A stretch of 63,898 nt of DNA, filler included, from Octopus bimaculoides (taxonomy: Eukaryota): assembly GCF_001194135.2 (NCBI RefSeq). It is 11 parts of 10 records of this genome, joined end to end, with 100 filler letters (N's around TTAATTAATTAA, not from the genome) between each part and the next. Parts side by side here need not be neighbours in the genome. Positions count along the whole stretch, not along the records: positions 10,970 to 16,580 come from NC_068985.1; positions 16,681 to 25,024 come from NC_068985.1; 9 more parts are not named here. One strand, written 5' to 3'. Position numbers and translations under genes: made by a program. The notes under the pieces were generated by a model. It did not search any database. It saw nothing but the letters and a program-made list of their open reading frames with translations, and was not told the origin of the DNA. Below, one piece after another: positions 12,200-23,395 of this stretch (within the stretch, counting starts at the first letter, position 1; each line of letters starts with the position of its first letter).

Positions 12200-15100
12200 C
12201 AACAAGGCAAATGAAAAGGAACATTAAAACAACTGCTATGAAACCAATAGCAATAACAAAAATTTAAATTGTCCACCCAACACACCAACAATTTCCACCT
12301 CTACCGTCACCACCGGAAGGAAAGAAGACACAATGGACAATTTCCCCGTCGTCACCTTCGCTAATATTGATCGCCGAGTTCAAGAAGAAATCACTAGCCC
12401 AGCGGACGAATTGAAAGAAGCCATGCATATTTTGGAAAACAGACGGGTGACACGTAACTTTGAATATTCCCGTTTCCGTTCAGCTGGAAACAAAATTGAA
12501 AACTAACATATATAGAACACTAGGAATAAAAGCTAAGAAACAAGAGCGGATGACACAACAAGAAATAGGAAAATGCCTCTGGCCCATCTGGAGCATGAAA
12601 ATATACATCACCAATGAAAAAGTATGGCATGTTAAGTCGAGATTTCCAACAGATGAGAAGAAAACATTCCACGACACCACTATAATGAGTGAGGAGCTTG
12701 TGCTTATACCAGTCTATCTTGGTTACAGGGTTTTCAGAGTTAAAACAGTCGATGCCCTCCTCACCGCCAACCAGGAAATAAACTCCTAACTGGTAACGAC
12801 TGTTCTCTTCAACACAAAAGAGGAGGCCAATATTCTTGCAGACTCAAAGGCTACAAAAACAAAATTGTTCGGGTCAAGTGATGGAACTTCTAATACAAAC
12901 TGACAACCATAGTATCAAATCTATCGTGGACCTAATCAGTTTGCCAGACAGCTTACAACTTTACGTAGCCGTTGAGAACAGAAGCCTAGATGTCATTTGT
13001 GTAGTGATACAAACAATCTCAAGGAAATAAATAAGACCTCCACTTCTGTCAATATCACTATCACAGCAGCAACAACACCGAAGAAACCAGAAGTAGCATC
13101 AACGGCAGCGTGCGGCCACAAGAGCAGAAGCCGCAATGCCAAAATCAGCAACCACCAAAGGAACAACAACAACTGAAAACCCTCAAACAACAACAAAACA
13201 AAACGAATGACTCCTAAGACATGCACCTCCTCGATTGGGATCACTCAGACGTCATGTGACGAAGGTGACCAGGAAGAATGGATATTTGTAACAAGCAAGA
13301 AAATAAAAAATAAAAGGATTCCAACAACAAGCAGGGAGATTCAAACGGACAGAACCTCTCAGCAACAACGTATATAATTTCCAACAACACTATCATCACC
13401 CTCACCACCATCACAACTATCATCACCACAACCAACTGCACACACAGTAAATCCAAAAACAATGGCAAAGAAATGTCGCAAATTTTACTGCCATAAGCAC
13501 GAACAAGACAATAATGGAACACATATATAACTACACAGACATCACTTAGAGCAATTTCATCGCACCAACACAACACAAAAATCATCCCAAAACCACACAA
13601 CGTATACAGCAGCATAAAAAATAAATTCTCTAATTCAGTAAGACGATTTCAGAAGAAGCATTGAAACAGAGGAACGAAACATCTATCTTCCCCTGTCCTT
13701 TTTCTTTTCCTTCTTTCTCTTTGTCTAACATGGCCTTTCTCTGAATAGGCAGTATAAATGCACGTAACCTGAAACTGTCTCGGAAAGAAGGGCACTTTTG
13801 CAACGGCCTGAAGTCACTAGATATAAATGTTGTAGCCATCAGCAAGACTAGATTTTCTGATCCAGAAGCTTTCATTCCCATTTTCGGTGGATACAAGATT
13901 TACTTATCTCCATGTCAACTCAGAATGGAAGGTGGAAGTGCAGTATAAGTTCCGGAAATGTTTGAATGCCAAGACAAGGGCCATCTTCTTGGACCTAGAA
14001 GTAAGTTGAACCTGGGTCTGAAAGGTAGCGAAAGGGGTGCCTTTAGACTGGTAGCTGTTCATGCTCCGACAGAGTTGGGACAGCCAGATTTTTTTTTCGG
14101 GTGTCTGGAGGTTTTCCTGAGAACATCCTGATCTTAAGTGCTTGTGGCCAACTGGAGCGCCGTCTTGGATGCACGTTTGGACTATGTGAGGCTAGCTAGT
14201 AGGAGAGGGAGTGCAAAACCCTCGTAAACCTCAGATGTTTTCAATGCCTGACAAGTGGCGACTGGATTTCCTGAATGTGCCAATGTTGACATGTACGAAC
14301 TGCATCGGATCAGCTAGTGTGTCAGTAGATAAGGATAGCATAGGTTGTCCGTATTTTATTAAATCGTCGGCTACACAGACTACAAATTTGTTATCTGTAC
14401 GGTTGAACCATTTAGGCTTCGTGAGAAACGATTCAGTTAATGGAAGCTGAACGCATCAGTCCTGGTGTGCCAGGTTTACCGAAATAGGATTAACGAATTA
14501 GTTGAGCGAGCACCAACGAGGTCAGTCGTCAACAACAAATAGTACTTTACCTTGAAAAGTCGAATGAAATAGGTTTAGTAAGGCTGTAGCGATACGAAGA
14601 AAGAGTGCTGTCAGGCACTCACAGATCGGGCAATGCGATCAGTGGCAGTTCCACTTCGGCGTTCTAAGGAAGCAAGAGCGACTACTTTCTCAAGGAAACT
14701 CTGAGCGACGACAAGAGCAAATTGGCTGGTCTGTTCCGGAGGACTTTCAAGTTGAGACCATGGATAAGTTCCAGAAATCCTTGCTGTATTAGTGCCACCG
14801 AGGGATATTGCCAGTTCAGGTTAGACTCTATAGGCATGGACGTGCCATCAGTCGGGCCTGCACAAGATGCGCACTGAGTAACGGAACTTCCGCATGCGCT
14901 CGTCCAGTGCCTGTGTATTGCTGACTTGTGTTATGTTAAACATCTGTAGTCACGTGTAGGACGGATCTGGCTATCGGCTGAGTCCACTGTGAAGATCATC
15001 TCACCGCCTTCTTTTGATCGCGAAGGGCAGGCAGTGTTTACCTTTTTAGTGGCGTTAGTAAAAGAAGTTGTGTGGTGGATCAGATAGAAAGGGCTGAACA

Positions 15101-15510
15101 ATGACTTTTCCTATTTGGCCAAGCCCGCATCAACTTTTCAAGTTTCACTGGAAAAGAAAAGTAAGAGAGGGGTTATAAATGCTGTCTTCCAACAATTTTG
15201 TTGAAAAGTGGGTGAAAGTAGCAAGGAAGTTCCGAGTGAGAGCACCTACTCTAAGCATGCACCTATATATCAAAGTAAGTGAAAGAGGAGAGAACACTCT
15301 CTAGTGGTCAAGGCGACCGTAGTTTCGTGGGTTTCTACGAACAGCCCCAGGAAGTTTACTTCTTTGGGTGAATTATTAATTGCTGGAATTTATATTATTA
15401 CTGTTTTTCCACTTTTCTTTTGCACAATCCTTTATGTAACCACACATTCTATTGTCCTGTAGTACCCCGATGATATTTGTGAAGCTATTAGCGACTAATA
15501 AAGAAAACAT
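12200..15510 (+). mobile_element. Degenerate L1/Tx1-clade LINE, with the RT region largely deleted
   Basis: ORF1-like remnant 12460-12789; APE endonuclease start near 13740 (IGSINARNL...DINVVAISKTRF); C-terminal CxxC...HxxxxC (ACTRC...HALVQC, ~14855-14910); 3' UTR with AATAAA near 15498. Homologous to 29070-29850. Confidence 0.75.
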
Positions 15511-15529
15511 TATCATTATTACTATTATT

Positions 15530-15760
15530 AAGTGAGAGAGCAGCCATCAAGGTAACGTAGGGTGCAAGTAAAAGAAGCGCAATATAGCTGTCATGACAAC
15601 TCGACTGACAAGGGTACACCAGGCACATACACCACAATCATATGTACGCGACATGGTGATCTCATATGGAGATAAACAGCGCATGACTTTGCAGGTGCGG
15701 GTCAGTTAAATTTTCTTTCAAGTTGAGTAGCCCACCCCAGTCAAAAGATCCCTTTAGCAC
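15530..15760 (-). mobile_element. SINE/LINE-tail family D, partial copy
   Basis: Clear homology to 31349-31570 (aagtgagagagca...caaggt...ataagggtaca...gatctcata...ttgcaggtg...caagttgagt), with a (TAA)n tail. Confidence 0.7.
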
Positions 15761-15884
15761 TTTTAATTTGTTAAGATCAGAAACCATGAGATCTACGGGC
15801 TGGTACTGCACCAGGGCATGCCGCCTGGTACTGTTGTTATTATCATTGTTATTATTTTCATATACACTCAACAGATTAGACTCT

Positions 15885-16265
15885 TGGAAAAGAAAAGAAT
15901 CCTAACATCGGGCTACAAGTAGCCTTAGATGCCAAGAACCCACCTAAGTATCCTAGCTGTCTCTTACAATAGTTTTCTGGAGCTGTACTAAACTGGATTT
16001 TATGCCTATTTCCTCTGTCCATCTGTTCATATCTTTAGGGATAGTTCCCAATGCACCTATAACTACTGGAATACATTTTAGCCGCACTTTTCATAGTCTC
16101 TGTAATTCAATATCTAGGGCCTGGTAATTTGCTATTTTTTATACCTCTCATATTAATTTTTTCATCATTTGGGATTGTAAAGTCAACTATATGGCACTTT
16201 CTATTCTCTTTACTACTACCAAATTAGGCTTTCTAGCTTCTATTACTCTACCAGTCTGAATGTTA
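15885..16265 (-). mobile_element. R4/Dong-like LINE 3' fragment (restriction-like endonuclease)
   Basis: FNIQTGRVIEARKPNLVVVKENRKCHIVDFTIPNDEKIN matches the REL motif RKPD.V....C.IVD..IP.D. Confidence 0.75.
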
Positions 16266-16269
16266 AATT

Positions 16270-16580
16270 ATTATTATTATTATTATTTTATGTTTGACTT
16301 TTGTTTTGCATTTGTACAAGTTGGATCCAAGTCTCACCCAGAGACCTCAAGAGACAACAAGTTAGAAGTTCATGTAGGTGTTATGCCTAGGGTACCATAT
16401 ATTTGGAGTTGTACAGTTTTGTTCAAGTGAATGTTTAAGAAACCATAAGAAAATTATGTGTTTGCTTTAAAATTTGAGATCACATAGACAGTATTTTACG
16501 TAGGATATGGACAGTTCCCATGAGCACTATCTTTTGAACTTCAGCCATTTTGGGGTTTCCTGGAATCTGATCTAGGTAGT
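16270..16580 (-). mobile_element. R4/Dong-like LINE 3' end with UTR and (TAA)n tail
   Basis: YLDQIPGNPKMAEVQKIVLMGTVHILRKILSM* is the typical C-terminus. Confidence 0.75.
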
Positions 16581-16680
16581 NNNNNNNNNNNNNNNNNNNN
16601 NNNNNNNNNNNNNNNNNNNNNNNNTTAATTAATTAANNNNNNNNNNNNNNNNNNNNNNNNNNNNNNNNNNNNNNNNNNNN

Positions 16681-17042
16681 TGGACCAGACAACCCAAGAC
16701 GGTCCAAGAGAACCCGTAAAACCCAAGAGAGACTTTGCTGTTGATACTTCTTGTGTAGCATCAATTTCAGTGGGGAGGTGTTATATGGACTGTTAGATAT
16801 GTAATTCGTCTGACGTTCCGTGTGTCATGTGGTTCGTCTGAGTTCATTGTTTCATTGTTGTTGTCTTGTGGGACTGTCGTAGTAAAATGTCATTGAGATA
16901 TATATGGCGGACATGACTTTTGTTTATTCATAACGAACATTGGGTGAGTGCGTTCTTTGTATGTAATTGAACAATAAATGTAATAATTAAATTGTATAAC
17001 TCGTTGTGTTATCTCTGCGAGTCACCCGAGGGAAACATAACA
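16681..17042 (+). mobile_element. Gypsy-type LTR retrotransposon 3' end: pol tail, polypurine tract and 264-bp LTR
   Basis: PRRSKRTRKTQERL pol-end motif; PPT GGGGAGG at 16772-16778; LTR 16779-17042 bounded by the perfect inverted termini TGTTAT...ATAACA and containing AATAAA. Confidence 0.75.
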
Positions 17043-17448
17043 GGTGGGATACAATAAGTACGAGGCTTTGAAAATAAAATTACTGGGGTAAACTAAACTC
17101 TTGAAGAAGGTACTCCAGCATGGCCGCACTTCAACGATTGAAACTAGTAAAACATGAAAAATACATATATATATGTGTGTATGTGTGCGTGTGTGTATGT
17201 ATGTCGTGACCGGAAACAACTTATTCTGTATGAAACAGCAAAATATGATATCAGGTCGTGACGTATTTTGCCCAACACTAAGATCTAAGGTTGACTATGT
17301 GTATACGCACACACACACACACTGACCCCCCACACACACCCACACACACTGACCGCCCCCACACACACACATACACACACCCGCACACACCTACACACAC
17401 TCATCATAGGCTGCTAATTAATTTCATGTGATTATTTCATGTGGTGTA

Positions 17449-18306
17449 TGAGGTCTGATCAATAAGTATCCGAACTGTTACCATAGTAACGAAGCTAAAG
17501 CACACAGAGTAAAGTTAATTGGCACAGATTGACCTTAAACTTTGCTGTGCATGCGCACTAAGATTTTAACGATCTAACTCACTTCCGCTCTTTGCAGCAA
17601 TGCTTGGAATGTAGGTGTGTGATCATCGCATTGACCATGACAGAGAAAGTTGTCATGAGGATACCTGCCCAGAGGCCTACGCAAAGCTACGGAAAGCGTA
17701 TGAAGAGGAGTGTGTGAGTTGCACACGAGCGTACGAGTGGTTTAGACGTTTCCTAGATATTGACGAACGTTCTGAGATACTTGCAACCAGCGGAACTGAG
17801 AAAAACATCGCAGATGTGCGTGCAACTGTGGGGGGAAGTCGTCGAATCACCATCCGTGAATTATCAGAGGATGTGTAGATTAGTTACGGTTCGGTTCAGT
17901 CCATTATCACTGAAGATTTGAGTATGAGACGCGTGTCTGACAAGTTTGTGCCAAAACAGCTTTCAGCTGACCAAAAAGACACTTGGGTTTTGCACAAGAT
18001 CTTGATTGTGTCGAGAATGATAAAAAAAAGTTTTTGAAAACTTTGCGTAGGCTTCTGAAAAGTTATCGCCAAGCTTTTGGCAAAATTTGATGCAAACTCT
18101 CTACTCAAATTTCTCTGTCATGTTCAGTGCGACGATCACACGCTACATACCTCCCTTCAAAGCACTGCTGTAAATAGCAGAAGTGAGCTAGAACGTTAAA
18201 ACTTGCACAACAGAGTTTACGGTCAATCTGTGCCGAGCGGCTTCACTTTCCGTGATTTTACTTCGTTACTATGACAACAGTCCGGATACTTATTGATTAG
18301 ACCACG
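17449..18306. mobile_element. Mariner-derived foldback element made of two inward-facing 5' ends, TA-flanked
   Basis: TIRs (c/t)gaggtctgatcaataagtatcc / ggatacttattgattagaccacg with TA on both sides. Transposase N-terminus (MTEK..., EWFRRF, RRITIRELSED, KFVPKQLS) on + from 17637, and a second MTEKFE..CIKFCQKLG start on - from 18121. Confidence 0.8.
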
Positions 18307-18999
18307 TATATATTAAGTTTGATCGATGCATTTATCAATAGCGCATAGACATATCATTATTCGTATTTATATTTATCAACTACTCGAGCACATCCATGAA
18401 TAATACGACCTTCGAATGAGTCGAAATTACGCTGTATTTCTCTAAGTGTGTATTATATTATGCGTAGTCTATGGTTTCTCTAGTTCTAGCACTTTGTGTG
18501 ATAATATGTCTTTAACCGACTGAATTTATTCCTGGGTGTACATTATACGATCGATAAATGTTTTTAATGTTTGAACAAGGCCTTGCTTCTTTTACTTCAG
18601 TCTAACATGGCCGACTAATATTGATTCAACAGAGGCAGATCGGACTTATCTCTGTCAGATAAAATAAAAAAGAAAGACGCTGACGTTTAGGGTAAATGGT
18701 TGAAATAATTAACGTGGCGAGTGTTATTTACTGACATGTTATTCCATATTTGCATTGTGTTACAAATTTTAAGCTTCATTTATGCACTTATCGATTTATG
18801 ATAGATTTATGCTATAGCTCATAATTATACCTTTCAATAACAACTTCAGTTTCTTTCGTGTCTAATATTTGAACTGACTAGATGCAATATTCGTTATTTC
18901 GGATAATATCCGTTATTTTGTGTGTAATTTATCATGTGTGTGTGTGTGTTATATGTATGCATGTATGAATGTACTCTTTCTCTTTAGGATAAATTTTGA

Positions 19000-20335
19000 C
19001 CGGCCACCTGCTTGGCAGCAAGGTTGCGAAGGAAAGCGTCTTGTTTTGTTTATCATACTTTAAATCTGAAGAAGCTCTTGAAAATCTTTTTAGTCTGAGA
19101 TATTGTGATCATTTGTAGTGTATGTATAAAGGGTTTGCCTTCTCTATCCAAGAACCCAAGTTTGGTTATTCTTTGCTCCAAACGGGTTGGTATATAACCT
19201 GTTACTCCAATAATAAGTATGAAGATGAAAGTGTCTGTTAGGTACTGGATTAGCAAACTCCCTATCAAAGGCCCATAGATATCCTCTTTCCCTTATAGGT
19301 GTCCAAAGAGCGGCTGATTTCCACAACGGAACATGTTTTTTTCCTTATGGTCAATGGCTCTCAAAGGACAGAGCGTGTGACAAAGGATAGAGCGTGTCCG
19401 TGAAGAATTTTATACCAGTTAATCAAAGTGCCCTTTCCTGGATGCGGACTAGGATGTCTGCTCTCTTGTGGAGTTTCAGTTGAGCTTTGGAAACTTTAAA
19501 TATTTGTAGGGCACTGAAGCACTTTCTAGCTCTGAGGAGAAATCCAGTCTTTGGGATTCGATTCTAGTTATGTTAAGGATATACTTTCTTCCAGGAGAGA
19601 TCTTCAGTGATAGCGAAACCCAACAATTGGATCGATTTTGAGGGTTGTAACTGAGTGTGGCTCATAATAAAGTTGAGTGTGCTGCACTAATTTTTACTGA
19701 TATGTGTAGCATTTGTGCTTTCTTGTTGTAAAAGAGCTACGATCGGCATATTTCTACAGGAAGGTTTCGAGGTTATTATTCATGGAGCTAGTATGTGTGT
19801 CTCACATATATATCGCCAGGGTGTAGTTAGCATAAAACTGGTGGAGTCTTACAAGTCAGCTGACTTGAAGTTATTACTAGGTGCAAGAAGTAGTCTGTTA
19901 TGTGGAATGTGAATGTGTGGTAGCTTGTTGCATAAAGAAAATAGTTGGACGACCAGACAAAGGCAGGGACGGTTATAGTTTGGTATAGATTAGGTTTGAA
20001 GGGTGACAAAGAGTTCAAGGTTGTTTCGAATATTTGAATAGCGATCTGAGTTGTGTGTACGGGATGAGACAGGTTAGTGAAGAAACCCGAGGATAGCAAA
20101 ATAGTTGTTGCTGCACGAGCGGCGCCAGAGTAGAATGACCGAGAGAGTTACGAATAGTTGTGAATGCTGACGTCGCTGAGCGCAAAAAACTGAGGGGTGG
20201 AGTGAGATATGTCCTCAATGTAGGAGATGCACAGGAAGAGACACTGGTTGTTGGATGAGTTTGGAGAGCGATAGACGGGCAAATGTATTTGTGCGGAAGA
20301 TGACAAGAGACAGTATCTCTCTCAGTCGTGAGTGT
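19000..20335 (-). mobile_element. Degraded Jockey/CR1-group LINE ORF2 3' half (tentative)
   Basis: Remnants LFLCISYIEDISHST...DVSIH (RT INDL...ADD region) and LLGFAITEDLSWKK...GFLLRARKCFS...RIQERAL (post-RT domain). Many stops. Confidence 0.5.
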
Positions 20336-20529
20336 GTGGCCCAAATACTTGCAACAGAGAAAAATTTACAAACTCTGTAAAAGGCACTCGAGGGTCGGGT
20401 AATGCTGTAAAACCAGTCGGCATCATATACCTACCACAAAAAAAAAGGCGGTAACCCTGTACATTGTATTTCATATGTCTACATAATATCAGGAGAGTAA
20501 CATGAATTATGGGGTTTGAGGAACTCAGC

Positions 20530-20530
20530 A

Positions 20531-20575
<45 letters not shown>

Positions 20576-20582
20576 CAGCAGC

Positions 20583-20614
<32 letters not shown>

Positions 20615-20615
20615 C

Positions 20616-20647
<32 letters not shown>

Positions 20648-20695
20648 CAGCAGCAACAGTAGTGGTAGTAGTAGTAGTAGTAGTAGTAGTAGTAA
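20530..20695. repeat. (AGT)n/(AGC)n microsatellite
   Basis: Direct inspection. Confidence 0.95.
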
Positions 20696-21040
20696 CTGCG
20701 ACTGCGGAAATAACGACAGCGGTAACAATAAAAGTGAAGTAGAAAGTAGTAATATTTGCTTGGTTTATCAAACTTTGTGTGATCTTTGAAACAGCCGTCC
20801 GTGCCGAAGTTTTTGATTCACTTTAGGTGAAGAGCGAAGGATTATAATTAACTCAGGCAGGCAGTTAGATAAATAGACAAATAGAATTTACAGCGGTGAC
20901 ATTGCTTTTGTTAATTCAATTAAGTAAAAAAAAAATGAAGGATTAAAAAATAAATTTAGAAGATAGACGAATAGAATTTACTTTGAACGACAGCAGCGTT
21001 AGTACGTTGTCGTCTCCTTTAGGACGACTGATGACTTGCG

Positions 21041-21816
21041 CAGTGGTTTTTCTTAAAGTTGTGGATCTCAACCGGGGTCCTATGTGGGCCCTGAGGGTCC
21101 ATATAAGATTTGGTGGGGGTCACGTAATAAAATAGTAAATTTGTAGTCAACAATAGGCGTAGGAGTGGCTGTGTTGTAAGTAGCTTGCTTACCAACCACA
21201 TGGTTTCGGATTCAGTCCCACTGCGTGGCACCTTGGGCAAGTATCTCGGGCCAACCAAAGCCTTGTGAGTGGAATTGGCAGACGGAAACTGAAAGAAGCC
21301 CGTCGTATTTATGTATATATATGTATATATGTATGTGTGTTTGTGTGTCTGTGTTTGTCCCCCCCCCCTCAACATCACTAGACAACTGATGCTGGTGTGT
21401 TTACGTCCCCGTAATATAGCGGTTCGGCAAAAAGAGACCGATTGAATAAGTACTAGGCTTCCAAAGAATAAGTCCTGGGGTCGACTTGCTCGACTAAAGG
21501 CGGTGCTTCATCATGGCCACAGTCAAATGACTAAAACAAGTAAAAGAGTAAAAGAGTAATAGTATTTTAAGGTCCTCTGGAAAAACTTTTGGTTTAGCTG
21601 TATGTATTGGTATGTATTGCATGAGACAGCTTGGTTTCTTTTCCGAACGTTGTACATAGTTCAGCCTACACAAGTCAATGTGATGTGAAAGACAATAGAA
21701 ATTTTGAAAGAAGTTTCTACAAAGCTTGTTTGTAAGCATCGAATGGATATGGAGGTCCACCAGAATCAAATAGTAATCAAAGGGGACCATAGATAAAAAA
21801 AGGTTGAGAAACCCTG
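21041..21816. mobile_element. Possible hAT-type MITE carrying a nested SINE
   Basis: Ends CAGTGGTTTTTC... and ...GGTTGAGAAACCCTG resemble hAT/Charlie TIRs; no clear 8-bp TSD. Confidence 0.35.
21156..21556 (+). mobile_element. tRNA-derived SINE family B, full length
   Basis: A-box-like gtggctgtgttgtaag, B-box-like ggattcagtccc, ccttgggcaagt central domain, (TA)/(TG) tract, tail aaacaagtaaaagagtaaaagag. Confidence 0.85.
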
Positions 21817-22102
21817 CTTTAATATGAAGGAGACTTTAGCACCCTCAACCGCACTCTTTGGTCCGTGACTGTCTTCAATCCAGCGGCAAGACCAGCTCAA
21901 GAGAAATGCGGTGGATGACTGAGGTGCATTGCTTGCCTCGACTTATTCTCTGCACTCCATAATTCGCCACTGCAGCCGCCTTCGTAGAACCATGAAGGTT
22001 TCTTCCGCAGAATCCGCCGGCCCCAATCTTCACATGCATAGGTGGGCAAACCCGATTCCAATAGTTTCAGACTCGGCTTATTTCTGAATATATCCTTTTC
22101 TA

Positions 22103-22286
22103 CAGATCTATATTTAAGAGACAAGGAATCATGTACATTATTTACATTATTTACATTTGACGGATATTTGTCCTCATCTTGTTTGTTGTTAACACAACGT
22201 CTCAGCTGATATACTCTCCAGCCTTCATCAGGTGTCTTGGGGAAATTTCAAACCTGGGTTCTCATTCCTAAGGCATTTTTCGATGC

Positions 22287-22346
<60 letters not shown>

Positions 22347-22446
22347 CATTATTTTTATTATTATTCAGGTCACTGCTTGGAAGCGAACTCGGAATCTTGG
22401 GGCTAGTAGCCCGCAATCTTAACCACTACATCGTATGCCCGTGGGC
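22103..22446 (-). mobile_element. tRNA-head/(AAT)n/hammerhead SINE-like element, full-length left arm
   Basis: Same organisation as 3300-4157. The hammerhead at 22191-22236 has GAGAC in place of GAAAC. Confidence 0.8.
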
Positions 22447-22458
22447 ATATGGCAGTGA

Positions 22459-22524
<66 letters not shown>

Positions 22525-22699
22525 TGATGATAATAATAATAATAATGAGATCGAAAAATATCTCACGAATGAGAACCCAGGTTCGAAATATCCCCAAGAC
22601 ACCTGATGAAGGCTGGAGGGTATATCAGCCGAAACGTTGTGTTAAGAACAAACAAGATGACAAATATCTGTCAAATGTAAATAGTGTAAATAATGTATA
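22441..22699 (+). mobile_element. Inverted arm of the hammerhead SINE-like element with an internally deleted tRNA head
   Basis: gggcatatgg jumps directly to gcagtgacctg(aat)n; the tail includes an intact hammerhead at 22598-22643. Confidence 0.8.
22598..22643 (+). ncRNA. Minimal type I hammerhead ribozyme, best-conserved copy
   Basis: gacac CTGATGA a ggctg gagggtatat cagcc GAA ACGT T gtgtt: stem I gacac/gtgtt, stem II ggctg/cagcc, palindromic ACGU stem III, GUU cleavage triplet. Confidence 0.7.
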
Positions 22700-23395
22700 T
22701 CCCTTTCTACTTTAGGCACAAGGCCTGAAATTTTGGGGGAGGGGGCCAGTCGATTAAATCGACTCCAGTATGCAACTGGTACTTAATTATCAACCCGAAA
22801 GGATGAAAGACAAAGTCGACCTCGGCGGAATTTGAACTCTGAACGTAACAGCAGACGAAATAGCGCTAAGCATATCGCTCGGCGTGCTGACGTTTCTGCC
22901 AGCTCGCTGCTTTTGCTCAAGATTAAATTGTGAGAAAAAAGTTCACTTGAAATGACGCTGTTGTGTAAGAAACATTGACTGTACTTACTGAAAACAGTCT
23001 TTATCGTTCGTTATCAATAGAACAACTTTCTATTGTTGTCTGCCTAATATATCTACCTCCTCTACATACACGAAGAAGGCTATATTGATTTCAAATTTTG
23101 GCACAGGGGCAGCAATTTCAGGGGGAGCGGGGTTGATCCCAGTACTCAACTGGTTCTTATTTCCTCGACCCCGAAAGGATGAAAGGTAAAGTTGACCTCA
23201 GCGGAATTTGAACTCAGAACATAACGGCAGACGAAATACCGCTAAGCATTTTTCCCGGTGTGCGAACGATTCTTATTTCTTTATTGCCCACAAGGGGCTA
23301 AACATAGAGGGGACAAACAAGGACAGACAAAGGAATTAAGTCGATTACATCGACCCCTGTGCGTAACTGGTACTTAATTTATCGACCCCGAAAGG
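22700..23395 (-). mobile_element. Cluster of three SINE family C copies (22700-22915, 23080-23272, 23280-23395)
   Basis: Repeated gaccccgaaaggatgaaaggcaaagtcgacctcggcggaatttgaactc core and cgagctggcagaaacgt heads. Confidence 0.85.

Noticed and set aside
20322-20771. Poly-Thr/Val/Leu ORFs as mucin-like or membrane proteins
   Set aside because: They are translations of an (AGT)n microsatellite, open in several frames, with no splice or homology support.
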